DNA of 64,000 nt from Candidatus Enterousia sp. GTDB lineage: Bacteria > Pseudomonadota > Alphaproteobacteria > Rs-D84. This document shows positions 1 through 10,122 of the stretch, piece by piece. How positions within the stretch are numbered: position 1 is the stretch's first letter; every line of letters starts with the position of its first letter. The position numbers and the translations under genes were made by a program. The DNA is taken from positions 79,683 through 143,682 of the forward strand of contig JAZQCF010000001.1 in assembly GCA_045546075.1 (NCBI GenBank), written 5' to 3'. Under the pieces are notes generated by a model. That model saw nothing but the letters and a program-made list of their open reading frames with translations, did no database searches and was not told the origin of the DNA.

Positions 1-28
1 CTTCTATTTTCACATCCATTTTTGCCAC

Positions 29-706
29 CTATAACTTTATCAAACCAATTTGTAATGATTTCCATAACACAACATCAATATATCCGCGTGGAAGCCCGGT
101 CGCCGCAACCATATGCGCAAACATATCATCGCACGCCCGTTTTATTTCCGGTGTCAATTTACCATTTTCGTCTATACGGCGGATTCCGGCGTATTGCGCG
201 CCCAAACGGCGAATCCAAACATCATATTTAACGATATTCACACCCAAATTTCGCGCAAGATGATTGGCGGTAATCTTTCCAATATGTGGCAATGTTGCAA
301 GGTACGCCACCCGGTCATCATCGTTTTCACATTTATAGAACCCATCGCACAACGCGCACCGTTCGTTCCATATTTTACAAATTGCGTTTATTTTATTTTT
401 ATTATGAAACATTTGAAAAATCGCATCAAAATCCGCACCATTTTTATAAATATAATCCATAATATTTTTGTGAATACGCTTTGCGGTTTTTTGTGAAAAC
501 CCACCAGCCAAGATTACATAGGCGCACATTTCTGCGAACGCGTCCGGCACAAGTCTGCGCGGATGTGCCAACATTTCGCGAATTTCATCAAAAGATTGGG
601 CGTCACTGTCCGCGCCCATATCTTTTATTTTTTTCTCTAAATCAAAGAACCATTTTGCAGAAAACATATTATTTTTTACCGGAATTTCTTTGCTTAAATT
701 TTGCAA
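29..706 (-). CDS. HhH-GPD-like DNA glycosylase family protein (225 aa; the true start may be Met14 at 667)
   Basis: From the ORF track. LPHIGKITANHLARNLGVNIVKYDVWIRRLG aligns by eye with the endonuclease III helix-hairpin-helix plus catalytic Asp region (LPGVGRKTANVV...VDTHIFRV). It is the last gene in the gyrB-led minus-strand string. Confidence 0.45.
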   Translation of the reverse strand: MQNLSKEIPVKNNMFSAKWFFDLEKKIKDMGADSDAQSFDEIREMLAHPRRLVPDAFAEMCAYVILAGGFSQKTAKRIHKNIMDYIYKNGADFDAIFQMFHNKNKINAICKIWNERCALCDGFYKCENDDDRVAYLATLPHIGKITANHLARNLGVNIVKYDVWIRRLGAQYAGIRRIDENGKLTPEIKRACDDMFAHMVAATGLPRGYIDVVLWKSLQIGLIKL

Positions 707-989
707 TCAAATCTGGCGAAATACCACCCAAAGAATTTCCCTTGGCAAACGCAGACGGATTAAAATCACTTTTAACAAAATCATATCCGCTTTGTTCTAT
801 CTCTGCGCGTCTTTCCTGTTTTTGTTTGTATTCTTCTGGCGAAAAACGTTCCGGATGTGACAAATCATACACCAATTTATTGTATTCTTCATATAACAAA
901 TCTTCTGTTGATTTTCTAAATACAGTTATATTATCGGTATCACGGTGGATAACACCATCTTCATCAATCTGGTATTTACTGTTTGTCAT
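669..989 (-). CDS. Hypothetical protein (106 aa from MTNSKYQ)
   Basis: From the ORF track (669-1007). An SD-like AAGGGGG lies 5 nt before the ATG at 989. The ORF is tightly packed behind the gyrB stop. I recognise no motif. Confidence 0.4.
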   Translation of the reverse strand: MTNSKYQIDEDGVIHRDTDNITVFRKSTEDLLYEEYNKLVYDLSHPERFSPEEYKQKQERRAEIEQSGYDFVKSDFNPSAFAKGNSLGGISPDLIAKFKQRNSGKK

Positions 990-1003
990 AATACCCCCTT
1001 TTA

Positions 1004-3442
<2,439 letters not shown>

Positions 3443-3490
3443 TTATGATATAATTGTCAAAGAAAAAGGCAAAAAATAAAGGAATAAATT

Positions 3491-3751
3491 ATGGCAGATA
3501 AATATAATGCAAAAGACCTTATGACCGCAATCCAGTTCGCAAAAAAACATGGACTAAAACGCGAAGATGTTGAATTGGCAATGAAAAAATTGCGTGGTTT
3601 AATGATGGACCCACCAAAAGATTCACCGCGCCAGGTAAAAAAACCAGTTATCGTTGTAACCGGCAATAAAAACGGTCGTCCAAAAGTAAATTTTGGTGCC
3701 GATGAAATCGTTATCGCAAAAGTTTATGAAATTCAAAACAATGGAAAATAA
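3491..3751 (+). CDS. Hypothetical small protein (86 aa)
   Basis: From the ORF track. It ends 2 nt before the next ORF, so the two look like a coupled pair. I recognise no motif. Confidence 0.45.
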   Translation: MADKYNAKDLMTAIQFAKKHGLKREDVELAMKKLRGLMMDPPKDSPRQVKKPVIVVTGNKNGRPKVNFGADEIVIAKVYEIQNNGK

Positions 3752-3753
3752 AA

Positions 3754-4326
3754 ATGAAATTCAAATTGCTGTATTTTGGTGAAATTTTAATTAACCCCAA
3801 AAAGCGGGCCCAGCATATATCCGATATACGTATGCAATTTCACCCACAATTAAAGAAATTGGTTGAACATCAACCATGGGACAAATTAACACAATATATG
3901 GCACCGAACCCGGCAAAAAGTCCGGTCATTACACGCCACGTTGGCGGCATAGATTGGAATCCAATCATTACACCAAAACTGAAACTGATTGCAGAATTAG
4001 ATATTCAAATGTTGCACCCAGAAATTATCGGTGTTCCGCGTTCCGACATTGACAACCGAATCAAGACATTATTTGACGGTCTGCGTTGTCCACAAAATGA
4101 ACACGAAATCGGTCAAAACGTTCCACGTGATATTGGCCCAATTTATACCCTGTTGGATGATGACCATTTGATTACCAAGATATCTGTTAACACCAGCCAT
4201 TTGCTGTCATCGCATATGTTTCATCCTGATTTGGTGACCACCAGTCCCGATTGTGTATTTATGATGATTGATGTAAACCTGCGTGTCGCCGAAGGTACGT
4301 TGGAAAACCTGCCGTTTATGGTATAG
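3754..4326 (+). CDS. Hypothetical protein with a RusA-like D-x-D-N-x-x-K ... DDD motif (190 aa)
   Basis: PRSDIDNRIKTLFDGL ... LLDDDHLI has the same spacing as E. coli RusA RRDLDNLQKAAFDAL ... LDDAQV (D70, D72, K76, D91), except for a ~16-aa insertion before the last acidic residue. This is a by-eye match only. The TAG stop abuts a repeat element. Confidence 0.4.
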   Translation: MKFKLLYFGEILINPKKRAQHISDIRMQFHPQLKKLVEHQPWDKLTQYMAPNPAKSPVITRHVGGIDWNPIITPKLKLIAELDIQMLHPEIIGVPRSDIDNRIKTLFDGLRCPQNEHEIGQNVPRDIGPIYTLLDDDHLITKISVNTSHLLSSHMFHPDLVTTSPDCVFMMIDVNLRVAEGTLENLPFMV

Positions 4327-4327
4327 A

Positions 4328-4396
4328 GTGGTTAGTGTAAGTGGATAGTGGTTAGTGATTGATGGCCTCTGGAATATTCCAGAAACTGCTAACCAC
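4328..4396 (+). repeat. GTGGTTAGTG-family palindromic element, short form (copy A-left)
   Basis: GTGGTTAGTG at 4328 and 4348, a perfect 16-bp palindrome TCTGGAATATTCCAGA at 4368-4383, and CTAACCAC at 4389-4396. It aligns with the copies at 4810-4892 and with the reverse complement of 20437-20516. Confidence 0.85.
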
Positions 4397-4402
4397 TCCC
4401 CA

Positions 4403-4570
4403 CTAAATATCACTCATCGCCTGCTGTGTTATTGCACAGATTAAACCGACAAACTCTTTTTGGGTCATTCTGTATCCGCGGTGTTTTTTATAAAAATCAA
4501 GAATAGCCGCAATTAATAATTCTTCATGTTCCGCTGCTGGTTTTACTTTCTTTGTTTTTGCATTGTTCAT
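4403..4570 (-). CDS. Small HTH-like protein (55 aa, below the ORF-track cutoff)
   Basis: Hand translation gives MNNAKTKKVKPAAEHEELLIAAILDFYKKHRGYRMTQKEFVGLICAITQQAMSDI*. SD AAGAGGA lies 7 nt upstream of the ATG at 4570. The C-terminus resembles XRE-type helix 2-3 (MTQKEF..L..ITQQAMS). The stop sits at the element edge. Confidence 0.4.
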   Translation of the reverse strand: MNNAKTKKVKPAAEHEELLIAAILDFYKKHRGYRMTQKEFVGLICAITQQAMSDI

Positions 4571-4587
4571 TTTTTAATCCTCTTATT

Positions 4588-4703
4588 AAAAACAAAAACC
4601 GTTAGAAAAAATTCAAACGGTTGGATGTTCACAGCTATTGATATCGGTAAATAGTGGGTTTATTCATATATATCACCCCATCCAACCGATGGTTGGATTT
4701 TTT
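4588..4703. ncRNA. Conserved structured non-coding module, copy A (leader, attenuator or sRNA; strand unresolved)
   Basis: Hairpin 4597-4603/4616-4622. GGTTGGATG (4619-4627) is complementary to CATCCAACC (4679-4687). Conserved block GTTTATTCATATATAT at 4658-4673. Hairpin ATCCAACC-GAT-GGTTGGAT followed by TTTTT at 4680-4703. The same element order occurs at 53427-53550. Confidence 0.35.
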
Positions 4704-4809
4704 ACATCATCGCTGATGCCAATATCATACATGGGCTGTGACACCCACCGATAGAATCCCTATCAACAATTGAAACATACAATAAATTCAATCGAAAATC
4801 AATTAGAAA

Positions 4810-4892
4810 GTGGTTAGTGGATAGTGGTTAGTGACTGGTGGTTTCTGGAATAATTTCATAATTACAAACTAATTCCAGAAACTACTAACCAC
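4810..4892 (+). repeat. GTGGTTAGTG-family palindromic element, long form (copy A-right)
   Basis: GTGGTTAGTG at 4810 and 4824, inverted repeat TTTCTGGAAT (4842-4851) / ATTCCAGAAA (4872-4881), and CTAACCAC at 4885-4892. It contains the TAG stop of the pilR-like gene. Confidence 0.85.
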
Positions 4893-5962
4893 TAACTTAA
4901 AAACGCCGTTATCTGGTCTTGCATTTGGAATGTGCCAAGGACAATCCACGCAATCACCGCGGATATAAGTAATATTCCAACCGTATTCAATGTTTCCGCA
5001 ACCGATTCAATTTTCTTGACCGAATTTTCCAAATAGTCATTTGAAATCTGGGTCAGGTTTTCATCAAAATCGTTCATATCGGCATAAATTGTCAAATCAC
5101 CAATCAATTCCTGATTTGGAAAATCCATACCTGTATTTTGCAACGCATTCCCAAGGTTATCACCATTTGCAATATAATGCAGCGTTTCATCTAAAATCCT
5201 GCGCAGATATCGGTTGGAATTATCGGCCAACATACGCATTGCATCCGGAATCGTAACACCCGCCGCAACCATCGCAGAAAGCGACATCATCCAACCAACC
5301 GACAGACGAATTTTATAAATATTCCACGGGGGCAAACCATCAAATATTGCACGCAAACGACCCGAAAAACGTGGCAAAGACCACCAAACAAAAATACCAA
5401 ACACAACCAATACTATTGAAAACGCCTTCCAATATTTACCGGCAATATTTGACAACCATATCAATGATGCCGCCCCACCCGACCAAACCATATCTTCGCC
5501 GGCAACCGCGGAAAGTGGTGGCACCAAATATAAACCGACCATAATTATAATCGCAAAAACCAAAACCAATAACAACGTTGGATATGCTATTGCACTGAAT
5601 ACCGCACTACCTATTCTTTTATTTGCAACAATAATGCGACCGACATTTTCCAATGCGACAATTAAACTGGACATATTTCCAGATGTTAACAGTAATGTTT
5701 CTTCGGCGGGAACCCAACCACGTGTGGCCTCAGAAAAACTCATTCCGCGTTCCAGGTTTTTTTCCCATTCGCGCATACATATTGCAAACGGTTCATTTGG
5801 TTTTGCGCCACCACGTGATTCAATCATTTGCAATCTGTTCAACGCATTTACCAATGTAAAATCATTTTTCAACAACGATACCAATTTACGCCATATAGAA
5901 ATACGTTTATCATTACTGAAACGACAAACCATTTTGGCATAAAATATTTCCAACCTGTTCAT
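4892..5962 (-). CDS. Type IV pilus/T2SS platform protein (GspF/PilC family; R64 PilR / BfpE position)
   Basis: Polytopic membrane protein of ~356 aa with GspF-like organisation, immediately downstream of the secretion ATPase. I placed the start at MNRLEIF (5962), which has a GGGGG SD, rather than at 6013. Confidence 0.75.
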   Translation of the reverse strand: MNRLEIFYAKMVCRFSNDKRISIWRKLVSLLKNDFTLVNALNRLQMIESRGGAKPNEPFAICMREWEKNLERGMSFSEATRGWVPAEETLLLTSGNMSSLIVALENVGRIIVANKRIGSAVFSAIAYPTLLLVLVFAIIIMVGLYLVPPLSAVAGEDMVWSGGAASLIWLSNIAGKYWKAFSIVLVVFGIFVWWSLPRFSGRLRAIFDGLPPWNIYKIRLSVGWMMSLSAMVAAGVTIPDAMRMLADNSNRYLRRILDETLHYIANGDNLGNALQNTGMDFPNQELIGDLTIYADMNDFDENLTQISNDYLENSVKKIESVAETLNTVGILLISAVIAWIVLGTFQMQDQITAFLS

Positions 5963-5963
5963 A

Positions 5964-7601
5964 TTAATAAACCCCCGGTCTGTCCAACAACCCAACCCAG
6001 CGTTCCAATTCATCTACACCGATTATACCCTGTAACATCAATGAACACGCAGATTCTTTTAATGTGCGACCGTCCATTTCTTCCAACCAGTATTTAACGG
6101 CGGCATCGGTATTCCCGGCCAATGCCAATCGCAAAAATTCACTGTTTGTAATAATAATTTCACCGGCCTTGATACGTCCCAACGTTCCGGTTCCATTACA
6201 CGCATCGCAACCCGGGCCACGAACATAAACCTGGTCCAATCCTAATTCACCGAACGTATCCATAACACGTGCATATTCCGGGTATTCGGGATGATTTTTT
6301 AATTTTTCACGACAATGTGGACACAGCCTTTTGAACAAACGCATTGAAACCAAACCGCGCATCATTGTTTCTTCTTTTAACTTAAATGCTTCGACCCCCA
6401 TATCCAGCAATCGCACCAACGCGGCCATCGCAGAATTTGCGTGCAAAGTTGTCCAAACATTATGTCCGGACAATGCGCCCTTGACTGTTAATTGTGCGGC
6501 GGCCAATGTTCGAATTTCACCAACCATCAATGTGTCGGGGTCACTGCGCAATGCGGCGGCCAAAGCTTCGGTATATTCGTTTTCACGTTGTTCTTCATTT
6601 GCGGTATTTATAACCGGAATTTGATGTGCACCAAATATTTTTTGTTCGACCGGATCTTCCACGGTAATAAGGTTAATTTCATAATTATGTTCTTTTAACA
6701 TCAACACCATATTACGAACCAGTGTTGTAGATTTACCGGAACTGGTTGGACCGGCAACAACGACCAACCCGGTTGGATATGAACGCAAACGTCGCAACAG
6801 TGTTTGTTCATATTTTCCAAATTCTTGTTCGGTTGTTATACTTTCCGACGGGTTATCATACAGCAATCGCATAACAACATATCGCGAACCGAACGCAATC
6901 GGGTTAAATTGCATACGAATACTTAAAACCCCTTGGGGCAGGTATAAATCTTTGGTTCCGCGCAATGGTGTGTGACCGTCTTTTTGTGCAGATTGATATT
7001 CATTTTGTGCATAGTTCGCATTTGAAATATCGGCGGACGCAAACGCGGCACGAACAAACGATTCACCCCAACCCGAATTAAATTCTAAAACGGGTTGCAT
7101 ACTGCCATCTATACGGAAATATATTGTTGTTTGGTCTGCAACCTCGATATGAATATCCGAAACTTTTTGTGCGGCGGCCTTGGCAACAATATCGACAAAA
7201 TCCTTTTGCATTTGGTTGTTAAAATCAACACGCGAACGATTGCCTTCACCCAAAGTATTTTCATAGTATTTATATATCGCCGAAACCAAACCCAAATCCG
7301 AATAGAACGGTATGCGCATTGGACGATTTTTCTTGCGCAACAAATCCATAAATGCCAACACACGACCATCATACCGATGTGTCCGCGAAATAATCAGGCA
7401 CCCACCCGAAAAGTATGCCAACAAACCTTGGGTTTCTTTTGGCAATTCAAATTCCGCACCCATCGCCGTCAACAGATGATTATTTTCTGCAAATAAATAT
7501 TCTATTATTTCTTTATTATCTGCATGCTCTAACCCCGCCGGCACAGACGGTTTTTTTGAATCAGGCACTTTATCTAAAATATCTTTTTCATCGGTTTTCA
7601 T
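5964..7601 (-). CDS. GspE/PilB-family secretion ATPase (R64 PilQ / BfpD position)
   Basis: Walker A GPTSSGKST, His box TTLHANSA, and the tetracysteine CPHC...CDACNGTG. Length 545 aa. Confidence 0.9.
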   Translation of the reverse strand: MKTDEKDILDKVPDSKKPSVPAGLEHADNKEIIEYLFAENNHLLTAMGAEFELPKETQGLLAYFSGGCLIISRTHRYDGRVLAFMDLLRKKNRPMRIPFYSDLGLVSAIYKYYENTLGEGNRSRVDFNNQMQKDFVDIVAKAAAQKVSDIHIEVADQTTIYFRIDGSMQPVLEFNSGWGESFVRAAFASADISNANYAQNEYQSAQKDGHTPLRGTKDLYLPQGVLSIRMQFNPIAFGSRYVVMRLLYDNPSESITTEQEFGKYEQTLLRRLRSYPTGLVVVAGPTSSGKSTTLVRNMVLMLKEHNYEINLITVEDPVEQKIFGAHQIPVINTANEEQRENEYTEALAAALRSDPDTLMVGEIRTLAAAQLTVKGALSGHNVWTTLHANSAMAALVRLLDMGVEAFKLKEETMMRGLVSMRLFKRLCPHCREKLKNHPEYPEYARVMDTFGELGLDQVYVRGPGCDACNGTGTLGRIKAGEIIITNSEFLRLALAGNTDAAVKYWLEEMDGRTLKESACSLMLQGIIGVDELERWVGLLDRPGVY

Positions 7602-7615
7602 CGGTTATGCCAAAT

Positions 7616-8308
7616 CTAATTTTTATTACCAACATTTAATGTTTGAATTTCACCATCTTTGATAAACACAACACCTTCGTCCAATGATATAGATTTAACG
7701 GTATAACCATCTAACTGTTTTCCAACGCTTATACGTTTATTTTGTCCATTTATCAAATCCTGGACAGTTGCCTGTAATTGTGCACCGGCACCAAAGACAT
7801 TTAATAATTTATAATTCTTTTCAATATCAACATCTTTTGGCTTTTCTGCAACAAAAGACTGTTGCTTTACAGGCTGATTTTTTATTTCTTCTTGTTTATT
7901 AATCATAGATTCTTTTTCTAATTCTAAACGCTTTGCTTCGGCCTCTAATCGTGCGCGTTCGGTTTCAAATTCTTGCTGTTGTTGCTCTGCACGACCCGAT
8001 AAGGTATCAATTTCCATATGCAGTTTTATTTTTTCGGCGGCCAATCTGTCCAAATCCAGGTTTAATTGTGCACGTTCTTTTTCCAACTGCATTAAAACCT
8101 TTTCTTGTTCCAAATCTGTGATTTGTTGAAACAGTGAACCATCAACCTGGTAATCTTCGATTGCGTCTGCGGAAAATTCTTCATTTGCCGCATTAACATC
8201 TTCAATAACATCAACAACGTTTTCAAAAACTGTGTCATCACAGTATCCAGATGTAACACCGAATATGACACACAAAGACAAAAATAACATCTTGATTTTA
8301 TTTTGCAT
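7616..8308 (-). CDS. Secreted coiled-coil protein with a PilP-like C-terminus
   Basis: Signal-like N-terminus (LFLSLCVIFGVTSG), a long Q/E/L-rich coiled coil, and a C-terminal ISVGKQLDGYTVKSISLDEGVVFIKDGEIQTL that resembles PilP/GspC-type beta domains. The position matches R64 PilP / BfpU. Confidence 0.45.
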   Translation of the reverse strand: MQNKIKMLFLSLCVIFGVTSGYCDDTVFENVVDVIEDVNAANEEFSADAIEDYQVDGSLFQQITDLEQEKVLMQLEKERAQLNLDLDRLAAEKIKLHMEIDTLSGRAEQQQQEFETERARLEAEAKRLELEKESMINKQEEIKNQPVKQQSFVAEKPKDVDIEKNYKLLNVFGAGAQLQATVQDLINGQNKRISVGKQLDGYTVKSISLDEGVVFIKDGEIQTLNVGNKN

Positions 8309-9560
8309 AGATTATCACCTCATAGTTCCATATTTTTCGGGCCACGTTCCACGCCGCCTTGGTCATATATACGCCGCCAAAATCATCAAATATCATCATA
8401 AATTGTGATGGAATCAATTTAGATTCTGTCGCAATTTCGACCACGTATAATTCCGCCGATTGGGTTTCATTTGAAACCGCATCAACAACAACTGTTATAT
8501 TCGCATCCAGGTTTATTGCCTGAAAACGACTTGTTAAATCACGAACAACCGAATCCGCGTCACGCGCATCCTGGGACGGAATTGCGATGCGTTCAGGTAA
8601 TTTTGCACGTACCAATATTTCATTATCATTTATTTCTTGAACAAACACACCCGGCATAACGTTCGCCGCAACAGAATAAAAATCATCCAACGTTCCAAAC
8701 GACCGACGGAAGGTTGCGAACGCGTGCGTTTCACCACATTCAGCCGACGTTTGATTCCAACCGGTCACAGGCTGCATCAAAAAACCAATCGCGCGATAAC
8801 ATAAATCTGCACGCTCTGCCGGGTCCGGCAATAATTCATATGGCATAACCAATGGTTCAATCGGTGCCGGTTGCCGCATGTTAAATTCTTTATCTAATTC
8901 TTTATTTTTTTCTTCTATTTGCCGATGATATTCCGCGGCCAATTCTGGATTTTGCTTTGCAATCTGGGGTTTCGAAGCAAACATTTCATTTATCGGTTCA
9001 CGGAAAAAATATAATAACAAAAACACAAATAATATAAATAATATCACCGACATCACACCGGCACCAAAATGACTTATCGGGCGTAAAACCCCGTGCGATG
9101 CCCCTGAAATCAAATCTGTTATATCGCGTTCGACCGCACGCGGCATTCCCCAAGACGCGGGTGCAAACAATGCGTTCCAATCAGGAATTTCGATTAATTC
9201 AGCATATTTTTCACGCGCCGCCGTGTCATTATCAAAAATTAAATCATAAATAATCACGCCATTTCTTACGGCAATTAAAATAAATTTATTTTCAACCTGA
9301 AACGCACAGAGCATCGATGCATAACCCGGCAAAGAATCAACAACCTCAACCGCGATAGATGGCATACCTGAACGTTGCCCGTTCACGCGCGCACCCAAGC
9401 CAATCATACCATTATATGAAATATATTGATTTAACCTGTGGTCGATTCCGCGCGCCAATTTGTACGCATATGCACGCGGGGTAAACCCCGCAACCAACGG
9501 TTGCCACAGCAATCCCGCCGCGTATTTTTTTCTTTTAACATATATATATTGCCCTGACAA
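8298..9560 (-). CDS. Bitopic membrane protein, type IVb pilus assembly candidate (R64 PilO / BfpC position); TTG start
   Basis: 420 aa with a single central TM segment (VMSVILFILFVFLLLYFF). It is the first gene of the four-gene block. The call rests on position and topology only. Confidence 0.35.
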   Translation of the reverse strand: MSGQYIYVKRKKYAAGLLWQPLVAGFTPRAYAYKLARGIDHRLNQYISYNGMIGLGARVNGQRSGMPSIAVEVVDSLPGYASMLCAFQVENKFILIAVRNGVIIYDLIFDNDTAAREKYAELIEIPDWNALFAPASWGMPRAVERDITDLISGASHGVLRPISHFGAGVMSVILFILFVFLLLYFFREPINEMFASKPQIAKQNPELAAEYHRQIEEKNKELDKEFNMRQPAPIEPLVMPYELLPDPAERADLCYRAIGFLMQPVTGWNQTSAECGETHAFATFRRSFGTLDDFYSVAANVMPGVFVQEINDNEILVRAKLPERIAIPSQDARDADSVVRDLTSRFQAINLDANITVVVDAVSNETQSAELYVVEIATESKLIPSQFMMIFDDFGGVYMTKAAWNVARKIWNYEVIIYAK

Positions 9561-9622
9561 TTTCTCTCTCTATACCACTTGTGATAGATTATAACATAAA
9601 ACTGTTATTTAATTCCAGTGTA

Positions 9623-9648
9623 AAAAACCGTTATTTTCATAACGGTTT
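9623..9648 (-). terminator. Bidirectional intrinsic terminator
   Basis: AAAACCGTTA-TTTTCA-TAACGGTTTT: 10-bp stem with A/T runs on both sides, 26 nt downstream of the lipoprotein gene stop. Confidence 0.6.
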
Positions 9649-9673
9649 TAATTTTTTTATAATTTAATATTAT

Positions 9674-10105
9674 TTATTGGAAACATTTTCCATCATTAAC
9701 ACCATAGAACACACCACGACACGGTTTTATATCATATTCCGGCATTGGTGAATCCGAACGTGCGGTCCGGACGTTTCTAACATTTGGACAATCATAAACA
9801 TTTGCCACCAAAACAAATGCGCGTTCCGGTCCAAATATCACCCATTCATTTGGTCTTGTTCTTTCACTAACAATCCAATATGCATTACCCGGACGTGCCT
9901 GGTCTGCGATACGGTTTTCCAGATACCGCCGCGCATCGTCTTGGTCATAAACAGAAACCTCGGATTCCAGTTTATACAAAAACGTACATCCAATCGGTTC
10001 CCCGTCCAGTTGTTTTATATATTCACTGCCATTTTCATTTTTTATATAACCGCCGCATCCCCAAAGTACAACCGCAGATAAAATCATAAATAAATATTTT
10101 TTCAT
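9674..10105 (-). CDS. Lipoprotein (143 aa, possibly DUF4156-like)
   Basis: Lipobox VLWGC. The Cys...GNAY...VYDC pattern is reminiscent of DUF4156 lipoproteins; this is a weak call. Confidence 0.5.
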   Translation of the reverse strand: MKKYLFMILSAVVLWGCGGYIKNENGSEYIKQLDGEPIGCTFLYKLESEVSVYDQDDARRYLENRIADQARPGNAYWIVSERTRPNEWVIFGPERAFVLVANVYDCPNVRNVRTARSDSPMPEYDIKPCRGVFYGVNDGKCFQ

Positions 10106-10122
10106 ATGCCTTCCTTTTTCAT

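Noticed and set aside
4725-4778. A 17-codon hydrophobic mini-ORF on the minus strand inside cassette A (MFQLLIGILSVGVTAHV*), reminiscent of type I toxins such as Ibs/Ldr.
   Set aside because: It has no SD-like sequence upstream, and I found no equivalent ORF in the homologous cassette B region. A short hydrophobic ORF in AT-rich DNA is easily produced by chance.
4328-4892. The flanking palindromic elements might be integron attC sites, making cassette A an integron cassette.
   Set aside because: The terminal motifs GTTAGTG/CACTAAC do not fit the GTTRRRY/RYYYAAC core consensus. No intI or attI is in the window. The elements are dispersed at gene ends rather than arranged in an array. I kept this only as a loose architectural analogy.
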